Origin: Balamuthia mandrillaris | Taxonomy: Eukaryota | Length of the DNA stretch: 64,000 nt | Assembly (NCBI GenBank): GCA_031835245.2 | Contig: JAVKOQ020000016.1 | Location: 1 to 64,000, forward strand | Reading direction: 5' to 3' | Shown here: positions 49,254 to 60,207 of the stretch, piece after piece | Numbering within the stretch: position 1 is the first letter of the stretch | Layout of the letters: the number at the start of each line of letters is the position of its first letter | Translations under genes and position numbers: made by a program | The notes under the pieces: generated by a model | Databases searched by the model: none | Seen by the model: only the letters and a program-made list of their open reading frames with translations | What the model was told of the DNA's origin: nothing

Positions 49254-50126
49254 ATGGCTGACACAGCTGCGGCCGAGAGATTCGGAGGAGAGCGTCGTTT
49301 CGGTGACCGTGGAGGCAGGGGTCGTGGAGGAGACCGCGAGCGCGGCGGAAGGGGCCGTGGCCGTGGCGGTCGTGGCCGCGGCGGCGATCGTGGCGGCGCC
49401 GGTGGAAGGAGAGGAAAGGAGGAAGGTGGCAAAGAGGCCTGGGTTCCCTCTACCAAGCTTGGCCGCTTGGTCAAGGCCGGAAAGATTACCTCTTTGGAGC
49501 AAGTCTACCTTTACTCTCTCCCCATCAAGGAGTACCAAATCATCGACCACTTCCTTCCTACTCTCTCCGATGAGGTGTTGAAGATCATGCCCGTGCAAAA
49601 GCAGACCCGTGCCGGTCAGAGGACTCGTTTCAAGGCCTTCGTTGTCGTTGGAGATAAGGACGGTCACGTCGGACTCGGTGTCAAGTGCTCCAAGGAAGTT
49701 GCCACCGCCATCCGTGCCGCCATCATCTTGGCCAAGCTCAGCATTATTCCCGTTCGCAGGGGTTACTGGGGTAACAAGATCGGCAAGCCCCACACTGTGC
49801 CCGCCAAGGTGACCGGTAAGTGCGGCTCCGTGCGTGTGCGTCTTGTCCCTGCCCCCAAGGGAACTGGTATTGTTGCCGCTGGTACCCCCAAGAAGATGCT
49901 TCAGTACGCCGGCATTGAGGACTGCTTCACCTCCTCTTGCGGACACACTGCCACCCTCGGAAACTTTGCCAAGGCCACGTGGTACGCCATCGCCAGGACC
50001 TATCAGTTCTTGACGCCTCCCTTGTGGAAGGAGAAGCCCCACCAGAAGGGTCCCTACCAAGAGTTCTCCGATTTCTTGGCCGCCACCCACGGCAAGAGCG
50101 GTAAGGCTGTGGAGAGACTGGAATAA
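49254..50126 (+). CDS. RPS2: 40S ribosomal protein S2 (uS5)
   Basis: RGG-rich N-terminus, [29 protein letters not shown] and [15 protein letters not shown]; intronless CDS with a probable 5'UTR intron at about 49040-49250. Confidence 0.98.
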   Translation: MADTAAAERFGGERRFGDRGGRGRGGDRERGGRGRGRGGRGRGGDRGGAGGRRGKEEGGKEAWVPSTKLGRLVKAGKITSLEQVYLYSLPIKEYQIIDHFLPTLSDEVLKIMPVQKQTRAGQRTRFKAFVVVGDKDGHVGLGVKCSKEVATAIRAAIILAKLSIIPVRRGYWGNKIGKPHTVPAKVTGKCGSVRVRLVPAPKGTGIVAAGTPKKMLQYAGIEDCFTSSCGHTATLGNFAKATWYAIARTYQFLTPPLWKEKPHQKGPYQEFSDFLAATHGKSGKAVERLE

Positions 50127-50487
50127 ATCAGTTTGGATCAACAAAAAAACCAATAACTGCTGGTTCCCCTTCCTTTTCTCTTCTCTCCTTTATTAACTTC
50201 AACAACGACGTCAGTCAACAACAACAGCCTACCCCCTTCCTTACCCTTCCCGCTCCTCGTCACCCACAAACAAAAAAGAAACACCGTTCTGTTCTATCTC
50301 CTCTATGTCACTTTGAAACTTTTTTTTCTCATCTCTGTTTTGTCTTTCTTTCTTTTTTGCTCTCTCAGCATTCGGATGAGGATGAGAGAACGAAAGAAAG
50401 AAAAGAGGAGCAAAACTGGGACTTTTTGTTTTTAAAAAAATACAAAAAAAAGTAAAAGAGAAAAAAACCACATCTTCTCGAACTTGT

Positions 50488-50530
<43 letters not shown>

Positions 50531-50690
50531 CTCTTGCTCCCTCTTGCTCTCTCCACCAAGAATGATTTAAAGTTAATTATTTATGTATTATAAGGGCTTA
50601 CCTTCCTCTCCTTCGTCCTCCTCTTCCTCCTCTCTTTCTTCATGGGTACTATTTCTTTTTTTTATGCCTCCTCCGTCTTCCTTGTCCGTC

Positions 50691-52514
50691 TCACTTCTCC
50701 TTCTTTTTGAGACCTCCGAAAAGGCTGAACCTCCGTCCTTTGGGCTTCTTTTTGTCGTCTCTGGGGGAAGAGGGGTTCGAGTCGGCCTTTTTGGTGGCCG
50801 CCTTCTTGGTGTGGGTCTTCTTGTCGGCCTTCTTGCCAGCCTTGTCGTCCTCCTTTGGTGCCGAGGCCGCTTCTTCCTCCTTCTTGTGGTTTTTGTCTTT
50901 GCTGGTGCCGTTGCTGGCCGCTTCGGTCTTGGCGGCAGTGACGGCCTTCTTGTCGCCCTTCTTCTTGCTGAGGGTGTTGTTCTTGCTGTCCTCCTCTTTC
51001 TTCTGTTTGGTGCTCTTCTTCCCCGCCCCTCCTCCTCCCTCTGCCTTCTCCTTCTCCTTCTCCTTTCCCCCCTCTGCCTTCTCCTCCTTCTTCTCCCCCT
51101 CTGCTTTCTTCTTGTCCCCCTTCTCCTTCCTCCCTTCCTTCTCCTCCGCCTTCTTCTCCTCCTTCTTCTCCTCCTTCTTCCCTTCCTCCTCCTCCTCCCC
51201 CTCCCTCTTTTTCTCTGACGCCGCTCCTCCGCCGCCTCCCGCCTCCTCCCTCTCCTCCACCTCCGTCAGGATCTTCTTCAGGTCGGCCACCACCTCCTTG
51301 ATGCCCGGCCTGTCCTTGGGCTCCAGCGCCGCGCACTTGACCAGGAGGTCCCACAGCGCCGGCGGGGTGTCCTCCGGGATGCCCTTCCTGTGCTCCGCCG
51401 GCTGGAAGGCATAGCAGTCCTTGATCTTGCGGACGGGGGGCTTTCGCCGGGTGATCAGCTCGTAGATGACCATGCCGAAGGAGAAGACGTCCGCCGACTG
51501 GCCGTAGTTCTCCCCAAGGGCTATCTCCGGGGCCATCCTAGCCATGGGTCCCCATGCATCGTCGGGGATGGAGAAGGGGAGGAAGAAGAAAGGGGAAGGC
51601 GATGGAGGAGGAAGGAAGGAAGGAAGAAAGGGGAAGGAGCAAAGAGGAAGGACGGGCAGGAGAACAGAAGCGAAAAGAGGGGGTAGAAGAAGAAGAAGAA
51701 CAACAACAACAACAACAAGAAGAAGAAGAAGAACAAGAAGAAGAACAAGAACAAGAAGAGAAAAAGAGACGAAGAGAAGAGTTAACCTCCAGAGGCAACA
51801 AAACAAAAAAAAGGCAAGAAACAAACTAGACGTACCATTCATTGGTGCCAACGATGGTCATGAGGTTGTTCTTGCTCTCATCGGGAGCGCTTCTGGCCAG
51901 CCCAAAGTCGCAGACCTTGACCTTCCAGTCCCTGTCCACCAGGAGGTTGTAGCTCTTGAGGTCCCTGTGCATCAGCCCCTTGGAGTGGAGGTAGAGCAAG
52001 GCCAGGGCCACGTCCAGCAGGACGCGGATGCGCAGCTTCCAGTCCATGGGGATGCTCTGGTCCTTCAGCTTGGAGCGGAGGTTGCCCCCGCTGATGAACT
52101 CGGTGACGATGTACATGTCGTCCGTGTCGATGCAGAGGCCCATCAGCTGGACGATGTTGGGATGGCTCAAGCCGCTGTTGAAAATGAAGATGAACAAGAA
52201 GAAGCAGTACAAGCGAGCAGAGAAGAAGAACGAGAGAGAGAGAGAGAGAGAAGTGGACAAAAGGAGAAGCAGAACCATAAAGAGAAGAAGAATGGCTCCA
52301 GAACAAACGAACAGACAGGAACGGAAAAAACGTACGTTAACGTGGCCATTTCCCTTTCGATGTACTTTTGCATGAACTCATCGTCCACAAAGAACAACTT
52401 CTTTATGGCCACATCGGTGCCAAGGTAACTGCCTTTGTGGACCTCCCCAAAGTTGCCTCGACCGATGCACTTTTCGAACTCGAGTTGGTCAAACTTGATT
52501 TGCCAGTGAGACAT
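50691..52514 (-). CDS. TKL-group protein kinase with Lys/Glu-rich tail (paralogue A)
   Basis: GRGNFGEV, VAIKK, HRDLKSYN, DFGLAR, IVGTNEW|MAPE and ADVFSFG; 3 exons. Confidence 0.93.
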
Positions 52515-53564
52515 ATTTGCCTTCTACTTCTTTTTTTCCCTCTTTCCTTCTTGTGTGCAAACAACCAAACTCTGGTGTTTTTTTTTTTAAATGTAAGAGG
52601 AGAGCTCTTGGTTTGTTTCAATGGTCGGTCGCAATTAGTTATTTTTTTTTTTGGTTGGGAATGATAGTTTAAAAAAACACCCTTTGGCTCTTTCTTTCTT
52701 CTCTTTTCCCCTCCTTTTTTTTTTCGGTTGCGACCAAAGCAGAAGCCCAATAAAGAAAGAAAGAACGAGAGAACGGAACATATAATAAAAAGAATGAAAA
52801 ATTATAAGATGAGCGAAGAGGCACAGTTCTGACCATTTTAGGAAAGTTGGAACTTATATTGAACTGATTATTTACCTTTTCTCATTTTTCGTCGACATTC
52901 AACTGACGTCATTATATTTGATCGAGATCAACTTCGATCGATTGCTTACGGACAACAAGCCCCCTCCCCTGGGGCGTTCTCTCGTCTCTTTCCCTCCTCA
53001 CGGCTCGCTGCCCTTTCTATCGCAACAGGTTGTTTAGGGGAAAGAAGAAGAAGAACGAACCACGTTTGTCCTCCTCCTGGGTAGAGCGCATCATCATTGC
53101 TTTTGCTCCGATCTGGTTTTCTCTTTTTATTGAACCATCTGACTTGAGGGGTGGATTGCTTAAATTTTTTTAATAAACCTTGCTGGTGCCTGACACCGTG
53201 CCGACCCGTTTCTGGTATCATTTTGTCTACTATCCCATAGGTCTACATAAACTGAACTCGGGTAGACATAAAAATATACCCAATCATGTCTCCTATCACG
53301 GTAATTTCAAACACTGTATATTTGTTTCCTATTTTTTTTTTCTTTTCTTTTCTCTTCGCAACCAAAAAGACAAACAAGACAACACTCCTTTTGCTGTCCT
53401 CCCTTCCCTCCCTTCCCCCCCCCCCCCCCCGCACACATTCTTTCTCCCTCTCCTTTGCACCCACCGCACGCACACCTTCTGTCTCTCACTTTAAAAAAAA
53501 GAAGGACAGTCCAAAAATATTATAACAGAATTGTTGTTATTTATATAGAAAAGAAAACAAACAA

Positions 53565-55108
53565 ATGGCGCAGTGGAAAGTGAACTATAACGACCTGACC
53601 TTTGACCAGAGGATCGGCAAGGGCAACTTTGGGGAGGTCTACAGGGGCACCTACCTCGGCACCGACGTGGCCATCAAAAAGCTGTTCTTTGTGGACGATG
53701 ACTTTATGCAAAAATACATTGAGCGCGAAATGGACACCCTCACGTACGTCCTTTATTTTATAATCACGAAAAAAAATCTTGATGCGGCGATTCTCTCTCT
53801 CTCTCTCTCATTTGATTTGCTTTCTTTTTCGTTGGTGTGTTTATTTTTTTTTTGGTGGTTGTCAAATTTTTCCAATGTTTTCTCATTTTTGATTAACAAA
53901 TTTCTAATTAAAATCGATTTTGGTTTACAATTTTTTAACTCTTTATCCCTCCAAAATTATAGGGGTCTGAGCCATCCCAACATTGTGCAGCTGATGGGCC
54001 TTTGTATCGAGACGGACGACATGTACATCATCACAGAGTTCATCAGCGGCGGTGACCTTCGCAGCAAGCTGAAGGACACCTCCGTCGAGATGGACTGGAA
54101 CCTCCGCGTCAGCATCGCCCGCGACGTGGCCCTGGCCTTGAACTACCTCCACTCCAAGAACATCATGCACAGAGATCTCAAGTCCCACAACTTGTTGGTG
54201 CGTTATCCCCCTCTCCCTCTTCCCCCTTTCATCCTTTTCTCTAGGACTCTCTCCCTTCGTCTCCCTTCTTATTCGATTTGTAATTGGATTAACAATTTTT
54301 TTTTGAAAAAAAAAAGGTATCAGAGAACTGGAAGGTCAAAGTGTGCGACTTTGGTCTGGCCCGCTCTGCCCCCGATGATGAAACCGAGAAGAACAACATG
54401 ACCATCGTAGGCACCAACGAATGGTTTGCTCTCCTTCTCCTCCTCTCTCCCCTTGTTTTCTTCCTCATCTCTCTCTCCCCTTCTGACTTCAAAAAAAAAA
54501 AAAACCAAAGGATGGCTCCCGAGGTGGCCATGCAAGAGAACTACGACAAGTCCGCGGACGTCTTCTCCTTTGGCATGGTGCTCTACGAGCTGATCACCCG
54601 CGACAAGCCCCCCGCGCGTAAGCTCAAGGACTGCTACGGCTTCAACGCGGATGAGCACAAGAAGAACATCCCGGCCGACACCCCGCCCGCCCTTTGGGAC
54701 CTGCTCGTCAAGTGCGCCGCCCTGAACGGCGAGGACAGGCCCACCATCAAGGAGGTGGTCGATGAGCTCAAGAAGATCCAGGACAGCCTCGCCTCTGGAG
54801 CTCCCGCCGCTGCCCCTGCCGCTGCCTCCTCCTCCACCGCCAAGTCCGCCCCCGCTGCCGCTCCTGCCGCAGCTGAGGGAGAGAAGAAGAAGAAAAAGAA
54901 AAAGACCACCACCACCGCTGCCGCCGGGGCAGCAGAGGGAGAGAAGAAGAAGAAGAAAAAGAAAAAGTCGACGGAGGGAGCAGAGAAGAAGAGCAGCCCA
55001 AAGACGGGCGAGAAGAAGAAGAAAAAGAAGAAGTCGACAGAGGGAGGAGAGGGAGAGAAGAAGAAGAAAAAGACTTCCACCAAGAAGACCTCCACCAAGA
55101 AAGAATAA
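53565..55108 (+). CDS. TKL-group protein kinase with Ala/poly-Lys tail (paralogue B)
   Basis: GKGNFGEV, VAIKK, HRDLKSHN, DFGLAR and IVGTNEW|MAPE; 4 exons; near-identical kinase domain to the gene at 50691-52514. Confidence 0.93.
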
Positions 55109-55342
55109 TTCTGTGTGATCTCCTTTGGTCACTTGTGCTATTTTTATTACTCTACTCCGCTTCGCACTTGTTCTCTCTCTATCTCTCTATCTCTCTCTCT
55201 CTCTCGCTCTCTGTTACTCCTTGTGATGGTGGAGTGCACCAAAGCAGAGAAGCTTTCGGTATGTTTTTTTTTACGAGTCTCACTTTAAAAAGAAAGTGAT
55301 TCTTTACAGTGTTTGCGAGGAGGCGCCTCCGTCCCCTCCTCC

Positions 55343-58300
55343 TTACACGGGCGACGAAGCTTCCGTTGTGGACACGATCAACTCATCCCAATCAGCAGAG
55401 ACGGTGTCTTCACGCGCGCGCAGGCATTCCCGCACCAATTGCTCAAACACCAACGGAACGTTCTCTCCCGATTTGGCGCTTTCCTCAAAGAAGGGGACGT
55501 CCCACTCCTCCGCCAAGTCCTCGCCCTCTGCACGACCCACTTGTCTGTGCTCGACAATGTCCACTTTGTTGCCTTTTAGTGCATTGGAAATGAGCAAAGG
55601 AGAAAAAAGGGGAGGGAGAGAGAGAGGACAAAACAGGTGCAAAGTTAAAGCGATAAAGATAAAGCAGAGGAGATAAGAGAAGGAGAACAAACCAACTAAA
55701 ACCATTGGAATGTGTTTCTGGTCTTTCAGTTTGAGGAGAGCTTCATGCAGTTCGATGACTTTGAGGAAGGAAGGGCGATCCGTGATGCTGTACATAAGGA
55801 TCACTCCTTCTCCTTCCAGTATTTGCCTTGCTTTCACTACAAAGAATGTCAGTAAAAGTAAAGAAAAACAGAAAACAGAAACGAACAACAAATAAAAGCA
55901 AAGGAGAGAGAAGAGAGTACATGGATCATTGAAAGGAAGTCCGGCCTCCCCACAGGACAAATCCAATATTTCCAACGTGCACAGCTCATCGTCCACATGA
56001 TGATGTTTCCTGTAGGCATCCTCGATGGTGGGACCATAAGCTTCCACAAACATGTTCTGCACAAATTGAGTGCACGTTGCGGACTTTCCTACGCCGTTTG
56101 TCCCCAAAACTGCAATTTTGAATTCGTTCGTGGCGAAGAGAGGACGGAGTCGAGAAGGAGTAGATGAAGAAGTTGATGCGGTGTGGCTACGAGAGGAAGA
56201 GGAAGTGGAAGAAGCAGAGGAATTTTGGGGTGGAGTATAGTTGATTATGTCTGGTTTGACAGGGAGAACGTGAACTAGGTCGAGTTCTGCATTTGCAACA
56301 GAATAAGTCAAAAATAAAAGGAAAAGTAACTAAATAAACAAACCTTCGGCTTCTATTGTCAACATCTCATTACCCAACTGGAAGTGTAAAGAGTGAAGGC
56401 CGCGAAAGTACCGAGTGGCGTTGAAGTACGTATCTTTAAAGTGAGTAGGAATGGAGGTATCGTTATAGAGTTCCACCGCGAGAGGTAACATCTTTGTTTT
56501 GAGCTGCCGAAAACCTCTTATATCTCGTATTTCTGGTATTCGCTGTGAGAACTTGGCGTAACCTGTTTTTAACACGGTTTAGTTTCAGTTGCTGGTTTGG
56601 TGCGTGTATTTGGTTTGATTACCTTCTTCTAAAGTATCTGCAGTGATATCAAGCTCAAGGTTCCTAAAAGTTGATAAAAGGTTCAATCTGTGGCGAGTCG
56701 TTGCAGATTTGTTCGATGCAAAAAGATCCACCAGAAAAGGAACCAAATTAGCACTTTGTACAAGATGACCCCTGATCTTCGCTTTGATAAACTCTTCTGT
56801 ATCTTCTCCCTTTTTTTGAAATGGACAAAACAGAAATAAGAAACAACAAGCTAAAGATTATTAAAAAAAAAGAGTGAGACAGAGAAATAGAAGGAAAACG
56901 CACAGGAGCTTGCGATAGTTCGACTCTCAAGTTGAGCTCTTGCATAGCGAATGCCATCACGACTTGTCTCACTTGTTCCAACGCAGGAATGTTATCATAG
57001 GTGATGCTGAACCGAACCACTTTTTCTCCTCTCTCTTTTACCAATTGAACTTTTTTATATGAAGCGAAAACGTCCTTTAGTTTGTAAAGAAGCAAACAGG
57101 GAAAAAAAAAATGAAAAGAAAAAGAAATAAAGAAAACAAAAAAGAACACCATTTAAGAAAGAAAAAGGGATTAAGGCAGAAACCTTTTTGTGAATGAAAC
57201 TTGAATTTCTGTTTGCCTAACAAAAGTACATCTGAAATAGTTCCTGCTAACTCTCCCAACTCAAACTCTTTAAAACAGAATTATAAAGGTTGGAAAGGAA
57301 CAATAAAGAGAGAAACAGTAAGCGACACAAAACAGAGTTTAAAGAAAGAATAATAGAAAAAAGCATATCGACGATACACCCACCCAAAGCGAAAGACAAA
57401 CAATTTAAAAAAGAAGACTAACCATCAACCCCTGGTTGTATAGATAAAGAAACAGAAAGGAGGGCAGCAGTAGGAGAGGCCTGAACGCTCTTTCGAAGGG
57501 CCTGTGCTACAGTTGCGTCGTTGCAATAACGAACGGTCGCTGCGCAGTGGCTCTCTTCAAACTCTCCGGTGCACGCTCTAACAGCAAACCGAAAGAGGTT
57601 ATCATCCTCAGGAGCTTTAATGCTGTTCATTCTATCCTTGTAACGAAAGAACTTTCGTTGTTTGTTTGAAAGATGATTAGAAAGAGGCAATAAGAAAGAA
57701 GAAAGAAGAAAGAACATACTGTCTGAAGATAAGTTCCACTTCGCAACTTGTGACGAAGCCGCTTCAACATCGAGCCATGCTCTTCGGTGTTCAACGTTTC
57801 CAACCAAGACAACAAGCTTGGAGTGGCTGTGAGCCTTGAGGGACGCAGAAGTTCTACTCCTTTCACTTCTTCGCCAAAGTCAAGCGATGGTAAAAACTTC
57901 CCTTCTTCGTTCTCTCTTGTTTGGCCTTGTTCTTTTTCTTCTTCTTCATCTTCTGCTCCTGTCCACCAATGATAAAAGTCTTCAAAGTCGATGCTATTCT
58001 TACCAGCAGCAGAACCGCTCATCTTTTCCATCAAAAGTTTGGTGGTTTTGAGGGAGTGAGGCTCGCCTAGCTGCTCGCTCATTGCTCGAAAGTCTAGTAC
58101 GCTCCAAACCCCACTACCAAGAGAGTGAGCAATATCAAAAGGCCGGAAAGAAAAATATAAATGAAAGAGAAGAGAATGAGACAAGAAGAGGAAGAACAAG
58201 AAGAAGAAACGAAGACGAAAGAAGAAGAAGAAGAATGGAGAAGAAGAAGAAGAAGAAGAACAAGAAGAAGAAGAACAAGAAGAAGAACAAGAACAAGAAC

Positions 58301-58752
58301 AAGAAGAAGAAGAAGAAGAAGGAGAAGAAGAAGAACAAGAAGAAGAATAGCAAGTAGAAAGAAGAAAGAAGAAGAAAGACGAACGAGAAACAAAAGCGAT
58401 AAAGAAAAAAAAAATAAACAATAAAGAACTTACGTTTTGCTGCGGTCAAAAAGATTAAAGATTTGTCGAACCGCTACGCCAATGAACATCGAACGAACAA
58501 AGTAGAGAAGCAGAAGCAGACGAAAACAAGTCAGTAATCAAATGAAGACTTCAAGAAGCGGTCTATGTAAATATATTCTTTGTTTTAAAAAAAAATGTAG
58601 CGACCTTCAATGTCTTCATTGCTGGGACATGACTTGCCTGCCGACGACCCGTCCTCGTAGCGAGCAAGCCTTCTCTCCAAACGGGCCTTCTCCTCCAGCA
58701 AGCATCGCCGCTCCTCCTCCAGCTCCCTCAGCGCCTCCTCGGACGACGCCAT
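55343..58752 (-). CDS. Coiled coil + EF-hand pair + uncharacterised middle domain + C-terminal atypical Ras-family GTPase
   Basis: Exons give MASSEEALRELEEERR.., AVRQIFNLFDRSKT|GVWSVLDF..IDFEDFYHWW (EF hands), then a phase-1 join EAE|ELDLVH into FKIAVLGTNGVGKS, YGPTIED, ILDLSCG, GNKVD and ESAK. Confidence 0.75.
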
Positions 58753-58823
58753 GTTTTTCTTTTAACTTCTTTTCTTTTCTTTATTTTCTTCTATTTTTTC
58801 TTGTTTCAGGGATTTTATTATAT

Positions 58824-58912
58824 GTCGACATTTATTCGCGTCGACGTGGAAAAGAGGCGTTCTCTATCCGAGTCGACATGAAAAGCGCCAAAAAATGTAC
58901 CATCATGTCGAC
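58824..58912. promoter_or_regulatory. Cluster of four GTCGAC palindromes in a divergent promoter
   Basis: GTCGAC at 58824, 58840, 58872 and 58907, between start codons at 58752 (-) and 58968 (+). Confidence 0.5.
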
Positions 58913-58967
58913 ATTAAATTGTCGGCAAAAATGCATACTGTATTCCTTTTTTTTGTGGACAGCTGGC

Positions 58968-60041
58968 ATGGCAGAGCTTGCAGCGGAGCTGGTGTGCCAT
59001 GTGTTCTGCTTTCTTCCCAGGCCCATGGTACCGGTCGCTGCAAGGACCTGTCGCATGTGGTTCGGATGCTGTCCCCCTGAGCTACGCCACAAACTGTCCC
59101 TGCGAATCGCCTTCGACTGCCTCTCGCCTTCCCGCCTGTTCGAATGGGCTTTGGACAACGGCTATCGCTTGGACAAGACCACCTGCGCCATTGCCGCCCT
59201 TCACGGTCAGTTGGAGGTGTTGAAGCTGGCCCGAGCAAAGGGTTGTCTCTGGGATCACAACGCCTGCGCCAACGCCGCCAGGAACGGCCACCTCGAGGTT
59301 CTGCTCTGGCTGAGGGCCAACGACTGCCCGTGGGACCTGAGCACCACCTCCGCCGCAGCCATGGGAGGCCACCTCCCGGTGCTCACCTGGGCTCGAGAGC
59401 ATGGCTGCCCCTGGAGCGATATCGGCATCTACAACAGCGCTGCCAGTAGGGGCCACCTCCACGTCCTCCAATGGCTGCAGGAGGAGGGCTGCCCCTGGAG
59501 CGCCTCCGCTCTGGGCAACGCCGCCTCCAACGGGCACCTGCACGTCCTTCGATGGGCCAGAGAGCAGGCAGGCTTCCACTGGCAGGACGCATTCTGGCAG
59601 GCTGAGTGGACCAGCGCAGAAGCAGCCAGAGGAGGCCACTTGGAGGTGCTTCGGTGGCTCGTGCAGGAGGGTTGCCCTGTGAGCGAGCACTCGTGCTTCC
59701 TTGCTGCTCGCAACGGACATTTGGAGGTGTTGCAGTGGTGCCATGAGCAAGGCTTGCCTTTGACAGAGGAGACGTGCGAGGGAGCGGCCAGAGGGGGGCA
59801 TTTAAAGGTGGTTCACTGTTTGATGGAGGAGAAAGGGTGTGAGTGTGAGACTATGTGGCGGATTGCTGCGGCCAATGGACATTTGGAGCTGTTGAACTGG
59901 TTGCGAGAGAAAGGACACGAGAGGGGATCTCAAGTGGGCTTGACTCCTTTGCCGAGGGACGCGGAAGCAGAACAAGAACAAGAAGAAGCTGACGAACCTG
60001 GAGCCCCTGAGTACGTGAGTAACCTGTTCGCGTCGTCGTGA
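58968..60041 (+). CDS. F-box-like plus ankyrin-repeat protein (GHLEVLxW..GCPW family), intronless
   Basis: ELVCHVFCFLP..AARTCRMW followed by about 10 divergent repeats; same family as 18745-20151. Confidence 0.88.
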   Translation: MAELAAELVCHVFCFLPRPMVPVAARTCRMWFGCCPPELRHKLSLRIAFDCLSPSRLFEWALDNGYRLDKTTCAIAALHGQLEVLKLARAKGCLWDHNACANAARNGHLEVLLWLRANDCPWDLSTTSAAAMGGHLPVLTWAREHGCPWSDIGIYNSAASRGHLHVLQWLQEEGCPWSASALGNAASNGHLHVLRWAREQAGFHWQDAFWQAEWTSAEAARGGHLEVLRWLVQEGCPVSEHSCFLAARNGHLEVLQWCHEQGLPLTEETCEGAARGGHLKVVHCLMEEKGCECETMWRIAAANGHLELLNWLREKGHERGSQVGLTPLPRDAEAEQEQEEADEPGAPEYVSNLFASS

Positions 60042-60207
60042 GCCTCTTCAGCTAAAAATTAACGGCTATTTCGTCCCACAATCAAAAAATTGAAACACCA
60101 AAATTTCAAATCACCAACGAAAAATCAAAATCGAGTTTAGATCATGCATATGATCGAACGTCTACAAATTTTGTGCTCAATTAGCCGTTAGATAATTTTT
60201 GTCGACG

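Noticed and set aside
49236..50153. 305-aa antisense ORF
   Set aside because: Shadow of codon-biased RPS2.
2187..58752. Functional signalling cluster (PAK, p101-like, RhoGEF, PTEN, Ras)
   Set aside because: These genes are interspersed with unrelated housekeeping genes, and signalling genes are abundant in amoeboid genomes, so co-location may be chance.
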